From NCBI GenBank assembly GCA_002269645.1, contig NIVC01003832.1, positions 1 to 64,000 on the forward strand: DNA of 64,000 nt, read 5' to 3'. Below are positions 49,201-57,348 of this stretch, piece by piece. The DNA comes from Macrostomum lignano (taxonomy: Eukaryota). The translations under genes and the position numbers were made by a program. Within the stretch, counting starts at the first letter, position 1, and each line of letters starts with the position of its first letter. A model generated the notes under the pieces. It was not told where the DNA came from. It saw nothing but the letters and a program-made list of their open reading frames with translations, and searched no databases.

Positions 49201-52200
49201 GTGATCAAGGGACATTCAGAGGTGGAATCACGAACTTTCATCCGATTAGGTTCAGTCAGTTTGTCATTGAGAAAAGAGTTGACAATTTTCATCACAAAGT
49301 TCTTAGGATAGCCATTGTAGCTGAGCAGATTGGTGAGGATTTCAACTTCGTTGTGGAAAAGTCTCCAAGAGCTGCAAGTGGAAAAAGCCCGGTGAAGAAA
49401 GCAACGAATCAATCCGGTTTTCCATTGTCTAGGGCACAAGGCGTCAAACCTAAGCATAAGCCCGGTAAAGCTAGGTTTCCTATACACGCTGGTCGAAATA
49501 GTTTCATCGGTGGCGTCAACGTCAATGTCTAAGAAAGGAAGTCTCCTGCCTCCCCCCTCCGCCGTGAATTTGATATTCTCATGAGTAGAATTGATTAACT
49601 TAAAAAACTCGTCCTTCTTAGCTTCGTCCTCAAAGATCGCAAACGTGTCATCGACGTAGCGTTTGTAGAAGTGAGGCGCACAAGGGAGGGCCATCCAGTC
49701 CTTCTCCCAGTGGGCCATGCATAAATTAGCGAGGGTTGGGGCGAGAGGGCTGCCCATGGCACACCCATCAATCTGTCTGTAATATTTGTCCCGAAAAAGA
49801 AAGATGCCGGAGGTGGCGAATTTGAGCATCTTCTTAAAAGTGGCTTTGGAGAAAGGAGGTGGATCGGTTTTTTCATACACAAGATCAGCAGCCAGCTCAA
49901 TGGTGAAATCGAGAGGGATGTTGGTGAACAGTGAAACAACATCAAAGCTATAAAGCCTGTCAGTTTGATTAATCGTGGTATTGCTGAGGCTCTCAATAAA
50001 CTGTTTATTGGATCCCACACAGTGCTCAGAAGGAATAACAGGTTTAATTAAATTGTCAAGGAATTTGGCTAGCTCATACTCTGAAGTGTTGATCATCGAA
50101 ACAATTGGTCTTAAAGGATGACCATCCTTATGAACTTTGCACAGACCATACAGTTGTCCAGGTTGGCTACCATTTGGGACAATCACCTTAAAAATCTCAG
50201 GGCTCACATGCGGCTTGACATAAGTTCTCAAAAAATTCTGAAGAGATCTTTCATTTTTCAGAATCGGGTGGGTCATAGTGACTTTATCGGCGGTACCAAG
50301 GCATTGAAACTTGAGTTTGTCCTGGATCACTTTCTCAAGTTTCTCGAAATAATCATTACTGTCTAAGACAGCAACGCCATAGCCTTTATCGTAACCAACG
50401 ATCTTGATGTTGTCATTGTTCTTGAGACCGTTCATAGTCTGGTGCATAAGCCTATTGCTTTTCTTGTTAACGTATCCTTGAGCTCTACAGATAAACTTTT
50501 CAAATTCAGCAATGATACGGTGTTTAAGCTTATCGGGTGGCGGCGCTGTTCCACCCGATAAGCTTAAACACCGTATCATTGCTGAATTTGAAAAGTTTAT
50601 CTGTAGAGCTCAAGGATACGTTAACAAGAAAAGCAATAGGCTTATGCACCAGACTATGAACGGTCTCAAGAACAATGACAACATCAAGATCGTTGGTTAC
50701 GATAAAGGCTATGGCGTTGCTGTCTTAGACAGTAATGATTATTTCGAGAAACTTGAGAAAGTGATCCAGGACAAACTCAAGTTTCAATGCCTTGGTACCG
50801 CCGATAAAGTCACTATGACCCACCCGATTCTGAAAAATGAAAGATCTCTTCAGAATTTTTTGAGAACTTATGTCAAGCCGCATGTGAGCCCTGAGATTTT
50901 TAAGGTGATTGTCCCAAATGGTAGCCAACCTGGACAACTGTATGGTCTGTGCAAAGTTCATAAGGATGGTCATCCTTTAAGACCAATTGTTTCGATGATC
51001 AACACTTCAGAGTATGAGCTAGCCAAATTCCTTGACAATTTAATTAAACCTGTTATTCCTTCTGAGCACTGTGTGGGATCCAATAAACAGTTTATTGAGA
51101 GCCTCAGCAATACCACGATTAATCAAACTGACAGGCTTTATAGCTTTGATGTTGTTTCACTGTTCACCAACATCCCTCTCGATTTCACCATTGAGCTGGC
51201 TGCTGATCTTGTGTATGAAAAAACCGATCCACCTCCTTTCTCCAAAGCCACTTTTAAGAAGATGCTCAAATTCGCCACCTCCGGCATCTTTCTTTTTCGG
51301 GACAAATATTACAGACAGATTGATGGGTGTGCCATGGGCAGCCCTCTCGCCCCAACCCTCGCTAATTTATGCATGGCCCACTGGGAGAAGGACTGGATGG
51401 CCCTCCCTTGTGCGCCTCACTTCTACAAACGCTACGTCGATGACACGTTTGCGATCTTTGAGGACGAAGCTAAGAAGGACGAGTTTTTTAAGTTAATCAA
51501 TTCTACTCATGAGAATATCAAATTCACGGCGGAGGGGGGAGGCAGGAGACTTCCTTTCTTAGACATTGACGTTGACGCCACCGATGAAACTATTTCGACC
51601 AGCGTGTATAGGAAACCTAGCTTTACCGGGCTTATGCTTAGGTTTGACGCCTTGTGCCCTAGACAATGGAAAACCGGATTGATTCGTTGCTTTCTTCACC
51701 GGGCTTTTTCCACTTGCAGCTCTTGGAGACTTTTCCACAACGAAGTTGAAATCCTCACCAATCTGCTCAGCTACAATGGCTATCCTAAGAACTTTGTGAT
51801 GAAAATTGTCAACTCTTTTCTCAATGACAAACTGACTGAACCTAATCGGATGAAAGTTCGTGATTCCACCTCTGAATGTCCCTTGATCACTTTGCCTTAC
51901 TTTGGTGTTTGTTCTATAGAGTTTAAAAAGAAGTTAGAAAAGCTGCTCCGTAAAGACTTAAACACTCAAATCCGTGTTGTGTTTCGCACCGAAAAGATTG
52001 CTAAGTTTGTCTGCAAGTTGAAATCCAGTGTTCCACGTCCTCTCGCGGCTGGTGTCGTGTATAAATTTGTTTGCTCTGAGGACCAGAGCATCTCCTACAT
52101 AGGAAAAACTAAACGACACTTATACACGAGGGTCAGAGAGCACTGGCTAAAAAACTCTGCTATTAACGAACACCTGCTAACCTGCAATTCTTGTTGTGAG

Positions 52201-55200
52201 GCTGAACCACACGAAATGATAAAGGCTATTGATTTTTGTAATAGAGATCACATGCTCTGCCTATTAGAAGCCCTGTACATTAAGACCAAACAGCCCACGT
52301 TAAATAACCAACTTGCGATGGGTGGGGCTAGCCGTCAACTCAGAATTTTTTAGCTGATTTGTCAATGACCGGACTGGCTTGAAACTGATATGCACTTTAC
52401 CCAACCAATACTGTATCAAAAATTGATTACTATGTACAAGTTTTAAACCATCAATTAAAAACTCAATTCAACTACTCTTGTTACTCTCAACTATCTATAT
52501 ATACTGAATATTCGTTCAAATTGTTTCTCAATAAAAAGACCCTGACGATGTCCTAATGCAAATGGACGAAATGCATCGGCAACTCAAATAATACTTCATG
52601 TTGATATTTACCTTTATTTATCTACTCTTCATCAAGCGAGCCACTTTACCATCTATAATTTATCTCAGATTGACGTGGTCCTGCACACCCTGCTGGTGTA
52701 CACGGTCTGGTGCTGCGTGCTGGCACTGCTGCTAGAATTGCGCAGGCCCCGGTCTCCGCTGCCAGCCCTGGCCCGCTGCTTTTTCACCGCCCTGCAGGGC
52801 AGCTGGTTTATCCAGGTACGAGACTGCTGATCGCGTTTCTTATCGATCTACCGCAAATTAGACTTTAGCCAGGCAAAACCACTGATACTGGAATAACCAG
52901 ATGGGCCACTCAGCACATTTGCGTATAAACTACTTTCAGTTCAGTAGTAAGTTAAACAGAAGCATTTTAATGTATTTTTAAAGCCAAGGCTCATTTATTG
53001 GCTCTTATCCCCCACAGCTTAAACCCCCCCCAACCGCGCCTTTCCACTAAGTATCCATGCCTGAGTGGCCCATCTGGTTATTTTAGTATCTGTGGGCAAA
53101 ACTGGGGGTACTGCACAGCCCGTTGAAAAAGGATACCGTGACAAGAATCGCAAAGAGTCATTGCAATCAACTCACTAGTGACTCTAGCGACCCTGGTGTG
53201 ACTCTTGTGAATTTTTAACAACTCAAACGACTGAAATGCCACGTAGTAGAGGCGACTTTTGAGGCAGGACCAGTCGTCCAAGAGTCGTTGTGTTAGCGCT
53301 AAACTCTCTACTAACTCAAGTAGGCAAAATAGAGTTGTTGTAAATGCGAAATGCGATTTTAATTCGTTCTAAGTGACGCATATGCGCTCTACGGCAGTAA
53401 AAATATTACATACCCCAATTTTCAATTGCACATTTTCCAATTACAAATTAAATATTAAGGTACCAAACCAAATGGTAGGGTATTCTACAGGAATTCTAGC
53501 TATACAGTCTACACTGCACCGCACCCACAAAGAACGGAAGAAAAGAGCTTAATTTCAATCAACCAAGTTGGCCAAAAAACTTTTCGATGTATTTCTGCAT
53601 TACAAGAATAAAGGCAACACTTAGTGACCAGCCAGACACAAAGAGACACATTGTGACAATTGGCGAGCAAGGCGAGCAACGCGCGGGAGGCGCACAGCGA
53701 ATAAGCGACCTCCAAACCCAAAGCGAGCAAGCGATCAAAAGCAGAAGGCTGGGAGCTAAAACAAAGCAGAGACACTACCGGCAAAAGTCACAGCAGCCTC
53801 CGCTGTCTGGTGAAACTGGGGGAGATAACGCTGCACAGCCTCACTTCTCCAGTCACCAATGTGCATGATATCAGACACTGGGAGGCCTAGCACAGACGCC
53901 CAGATAGCTCCTCCTCGTCGCAGACTGTGCGCGGAGTAAGATCCTGGTCGAACGCCGGCTGCGGCAAACTTGTCACGGAGGAAGCAGTCCAGGTGCTTCC
54001 CAGTCAGCAGGCGCAAGCCGCCACTTCCATCGGCGTAGGACCAGAGCGGTGACTCCGGGTGGGGGCCACACAGATGCACAGAGACCGCAAGGGCCGGGCT
54101 GATCACTAAAGCCGGTTTGCACAGGCGCAAGCACCCATGCAAACCAAAGCATTGTGTTGCAAAGCGTCGTAGGCAAAAATACGCACGCCGAAACTCATTT
54201 CCTCGACGTGGCCCACAACCAAGAACACGCGTTAAAAAGAATCGGAGGCTACCACCACGAGTCAGTTTGAAATACAAATAAGACAACACCCAAATACCGC
54301 AATGACCAGTCCAAGGGTCCTGAATAGCAAAGCGACTGCGAGCTGGCTGGAAGGGTAAGGGAGGCAAAAAGTGTTTTCATAGGATTCGTAGGATTCTTGG
54401 AAAGAGGAGAGAAAAAGGAGAGTATTTTGCTAGAACCAATCTACTACCGACCGAACAGGACATATATTTGGTTCAAAAAGATCAGTAGTCAAAATCAACG
54501 CTACTCATTACCAGTAGGCAATAGCCAATTCAAGCGAGCCAATAGGATTCCCTGGATATGGGCTGCACCCACAGATACTAAAATAATACGTAAAATAAAA
54601 AATTAACATAGAAATCTAATTTTCTGAACGAAAAGCTTTATAAATATCGATAGAGCAATAAAAAAGGCACAACATATCAAAAGATCAACACTGGATCTGC
54701 CTCCTATCAAAAGTAATAGCAATTTTTGTGCTCAAAAAATGAAAATTTCCTATCTCCGTAGTGTATTTTTTTCGGGAAAAAGTGCCTTCAAAAATTTTCT
54801 AAGAAACGAGGTTTCCCGTCCTTCTACTTAAGTGGTCCTTGATTTTTACATTGATCATTAATCTGTATTACATGGATTTGCACGATCAACCCTTGTGTGA
54901 AAACTGTTACTTTAGAATGCTACATACACAGAGCTTTAATGCTATAGAGCTTTAATACTGAACTTTACCCCCTAAGAGGAAAGAGGAGATGAGAGAAGAA
55001 ATAAACCCTGAGCGGGCAGGATTGCTAATTGTGAAGTCTCGTATGCCGGAGTTTGGTGACACAGAAAGCTATTAATTAATTTTAATCACATCGCAGGTAG
55101 GCGCAATGCTCTACCCGCCTGTACCGTGGCTTCGCCAATTCCAATTAACAAAAGCTGAACACGACAGCATCATGTTGGCCACTGTGATATTCGCTTGGCA

Positions 55201-55396
55201 CGGCCTGGCCATATTCATATTTGCCCTGTGCCTGGCCATGCTCATCAGCCGCTATCACGCTCGCCGGGGTCCTATGGACGGCGGTGATAGGCGAGAGGTC
55301 AGCATGGAGCGGCTGATTAAATCTGACGGACAGAGCGGCCGAGGCGGCGGCGCCAGCGGCGTTGGAGTCGATGATGATGACGAGGATAGCGACTAG
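46204..55396 (+). CDS. TMEM45: TMEM45 family (DUF716) membrane protein, 291 aa. Exons 46204-46632, 52669-52815, 55097-55396
   Basis: MGTFLGHLLPGAFFLLFALWW...GNGQHATMY...VEAILFTFHLHGRTQ | IDVVLHTLL...ALQGSWFIQ | VGAMLYPP...HDSIMLATVIFAWH: diagnostic GH..PG.FF, N.QH.TMY, QG.WF.Q and F.WH motifs. All junctions are GT-AG and phase 0. Confidence 0.93.
46708..48384. repeat. 43-bp minisatellite (about 24 copies before and 1-2 after the MITE insertion)
   Basis: aaaccataaatttgacaatgtcagactacacttaagccttcag units at 46708-47722, resuming at 48327. Confidence 0.95.
47723..48326. mobile_element. hAT-superfamily MITE (604 bp) with internal 21-22-bp minisatellite
   Basis: Perfect 16-bp TIR cagtggcgtagccagg / cctggctacgccactg; perfect 8-bp TSD tgtcagac (47715-47722 and 48327-48334); internal ggcactcattt(t)ggcgcc(g/a)ca array. 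Confidence 0.9.
48508..48553 (-). ncRNA. Mirror copy of the hammerhead motif in the left arm
   Basis: Exact reverse complement of 52538-52583. Confidence 0.7.
48738..50579 (-). CDS. Penelope-like reverse transcriptase plus GIY-YIG endonuclease (left arm, mirror copy)
   Basis: Translation identical to the right arm from PPDKLKH onward. Confidence 0.93.
   Translation of the reverse strand: MIRCLSLSGGTAPPPDKLKHRIIAEFEKFICRAQGYVNKKSNRLMHQTMNGLKNNDNIKIVGYDKGYGVAVLDSNDYFEKLEKVIQDKLKFQCLGTADKVTMTHPILKNERSLQNFLRTYVKPHVSPEIFKVIVPNGSQPGQLYGLCKVHKDGHPLRPIVSMINTSEYELAKFLDNLIKPVIPSEHCVGSNKQFIESLSNTTINQTDRLYSFDVVSLFTNIPLDFTIELAADLVYEKTDPPPFSKATFKKMLKFATSGIFLFRDKYYRQIDGCAMGSPLAPTLANLCMAHWEKDWMALPCAPHFYKRYVDDTFAIFEDEAKKDEFFKLINSTHENIKFTAEGGGRRLPFLDIDVDATDETISTSVYRKPSFTGLMLRFDALCPRQWKTGLIRCFLHRAFSTCSSWRLFHNEVEILTNLLSYNGYPKNFVMKIVNSFLNDKLTEPNRMKVRDSTSECPLITLPYFGVCSIEFKKKLEKLLRKDLNTQIRVVFRTEKIAKFVCKLKSSVPRPLAAGVVYKFVCSEDQSISYIGKTKRHLYTRVREHWLKNSAINEHLLTCNSCCEAEPHEMIKAIDFCNRDHMLCLLEALYIKTKQPTLNNQLAMGGASRQLRIF
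50512..52353 (+). CDS. Penelope-like reverse transcriptase plus C-terminal GIY-YIG endonuclease (right arm)
   Basis: YDKG, LYGLCKVHK..PLRPIVS, SFDVVSLFTNIP, QIDGCAMGSPLAP, RYVDD, LPFLD (PLE RT); VVYKFVC...SYIGKTKRHLYTRVREH...HLLTCNSC (GIY-YIG with CCHH residues). Native 5' end is missing. Confidence 0.93.
   Translation: MIRCLSLSGGGAVPPDKLKHRIIAEFEKFICRAQGYVNKKSNRLMHQTMNGLKNNDNIKIVGYDKGYGVAVLDSNDYFEKLEKVIQDKLKFQCLGTADKVTMTHPILKNERSLQNFLRTYVKPHVSPEIFKVIVPNGSQPGQLYGLCKVHKDGHPLRPIVSMINTSEYELAKFLDNLIKPVIPSEHCVGSNKQFIESLSNTTINQTDRLYSFDVVSLFTNIPLDFTIELAADLVYEKTDPPPFSKATFKKMLKFATSGIFLFRDKYYRQIDGCAMGSPLAPTLANLCMAHWEKDWMALPCAPHFYKRYVDDTFAIFEDEAKKDEFFKLINSTHENIKFTAEGGGRRLPFLDIDVDATDETISTSVYRKPSFTGLMLRFDALCPRQWKTGLIRCFLHRAFSTCSSWRLFHNEVEILTNLLSYNGYPKNFVMKIVNSFLNDKLTEPNRMKVRDSTSECPLITLPYFGVCSIEFKKKLEKLLRKDLNTQIRVVFRTEKIAKFVCKLKSSVPRPLAAGVVYKFVCSEDQSISYIGKTKRHLYTRVREHWLKNSAINEHLLTCNSCCEAEPHEMIKAIDFCNRDHMLCLLEALYIKTKQPTLNNQLAMGGASRQLRIF
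52538..52583 (+). ncRNA. Minimal type I hammerhead ribozyme motif in the PLE 3' region
   Basis: gacc-CTGACGA-t-GTCC-taatgcaaat-GGAC-GAAA-tgca-TC-ggc: catalytic core, stem II GTCC/GGAC, palindromic stem III ATGCAT, AUC cleavage triplet. Stem I is very short and there is an extra U after A9. Confidence 0.7.
53756..54367 (-). mobile_element. Tyrosine-recombinase fragment of a DIRS/Ngaro-type retroelement (or Crypton), in TMEM45 intron 2
   Basis: C-terminal PLWSY...LRDKFAAAGVRPGSYSAHSLRRGGA...IMHIGDWRSEAVQRYL carries HxxR, (H/W) and catalytic Y. The upstream catalytic Arg region and RT/RNase H were not found. Confidence 0.8.
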
Positions 55397-56651
55397 CGAC
55401 TCTGATCTGAGCTGTCAAGGAGGTCCGATAGTGAGAGGTCGACACAACAATTTGTGAAATAATTGATAAGAAGATAGACAATACTACAATATACTAGAAG
55501 TCTAGGATTTATCACACAGCCAATCAAGTGGATAATTTTGTTAAAAATCAGCACTTGTCAGCGATGAAGTTTCTGTTGCCAGAATACTTGCTTTGAAATT
55601 CTCTACTTGATTATCTTTTAGTCCCTAACAGCTGGCTTGGCCAATACAATTCTTGACCATAGACAATAGTTCAGACTTGATTGGCTGAATTATCACTGTG
55701 TGTATAGTTAAACAGATGTACATCGCTTGTTACTAAAAATAGATGCGCAGAATTGCTCATCGTGTTGCTAAAAATAGACAGTGTAAGTAACATGGTATGA
55801 GGATTTACCCTCAATAGACTAACTCAAATGTACGCAGTAATATCTAATCTGTTTTTAACATCAGAACTATAAACGTACACTTGCAAAACCAAAACAAATG
55901 CTAGAAATGTTTTTGTATTGTGTTGTTGATCATTTTTTAATCGCTGTGTATTGTTGTCCTCCTTGATTTTTATACAATTGGAGCAAACCTTTTGTTTCTA
56001 TATTGTATAGTGCATTTTTTTAAATTGAAGTTTTAGAAGACGCAGAGTTTTTTATTTGAACTTCTGCGTGTGAAATTTTCTCCAGCGTCTTGTTGTATTG
56101 CTAAACGCGGTGATGGCGATATTCAATCTTGTCCCCGAATGCTTCCATTAAATTTGTTGTTTATCCTTGTATAAGCTTTCATCTTTTTGTTGCAATATTA
56201 GATTAAATACTATGCCGAATATTATATTGTTACTCTTCAAATTTCTAGCTTATTGTGCGCAGTTTACTCCTTGGCAGTAGTATATACTCATATTTGTTTT
56301 GACGCGCGTATTTGGATGTCGTCTTCCGCATCTATTCATAGCTAAGCCCAGCCCCCCCCCTAGCTCACAGTGCGGTCTAGTCTAGTCTAGTCTGGCTTTT
56401 TGTCTTTTTTTAACCCAATTGCATGATTTTTCCTGTTCTTGTTTTTGGCGTTTTTACTTGGTGATCAGGTTTCATCAGCTAGTCTGTGCTTTTATTGGTG
56501 TGCAGCTTTTTATTTTTATTATCAGTGTTTACTGATCCTTAAATATAATATTATACTGCTAATATTGTGTGCCGTATATCTTATCGATTATTACCAGTAT
56601 TCATTGTCGAGTTATTCACTTTATATAGTCTGGTTTAAATTTTTTTTGACA

Positions 56652-56900
56652 TGGGTGGCGGAGTGAGGTTGGTGGCGGCGGAGTGAGGTGGGCGGCGGAG
56701 TGAGGTGGGTGGCGGAGTGAGGTGGGCGGCGGAGTGAGGTGGGCGGCGGAGTGAGGTGGGTGGCGGAGTGAGGTGGGCGGCGGAGTGAGGAGGGTGGCGG
56801 CGGATTGGGGTGGGCGGAGGCAGTGTAAGGTGGGCAGCGGTGGAGTGAGAAGGGTGGCCTCGGTGTGAGGAGGGTCGCGGTGGAGTGAGGTGGACGGCGG
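56652..56900. repeat. About 17-20-bp G-rich minisatellite
   Basis: ggcggagtgaggtggg units degrading rightward. Confidence 0.85.
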
Positions 56901-57348
56901 CCGCGTGTGCAATTTGATTAATTTATGATGCTAGCTCGTATTTGCTCTCAAAAAAATAATAAAAGTCGAAGTGAGCTGAATTATAATGCTAGTTAGAATA
57001 ATAGAGTTAAGAAACAGTGTTTATTGCCGAAAAGAAAAATTTAGACATTGAGTATTTAATTTTTTTTTGGTTTAGATTCAAAATTAGAAATTCCCTCTGT
57101 TTTGTTTAAAAAATACCAATTATAGCGTCAAGATAGTACTAAAAGTATTTATAATTCGAGATAAGAGAAGTACTTTCCGTTTGTTGTGCAGAAAGTTTTT
57201 TAAGTTTTCAATTTCATAGCAAAGTTTCATAGCATTATTCTCTTAAAAAAGAGTTTTTTTTAAAAAATCCGGTAAAATGTCCTTGCTACTTAGAGTAACT
57301 AATCAATTCAAATCGAAATTCCTATGTTAATCTGCGGTCTCTCTGCGA

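Larger units (their letters stand above)
48477..52648. mobile_element. Penelope-like retroelement insertion as a head-to-head inverted dimer
   Basis: Arms 48475-50540 and 50551-52616 are reverse complements (2,066 bp each) around spacer cggcgctgtt; flanked by direct repeat ccatctataattta at 48463-48476 and 52649-52662. Confidence 0.93.
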
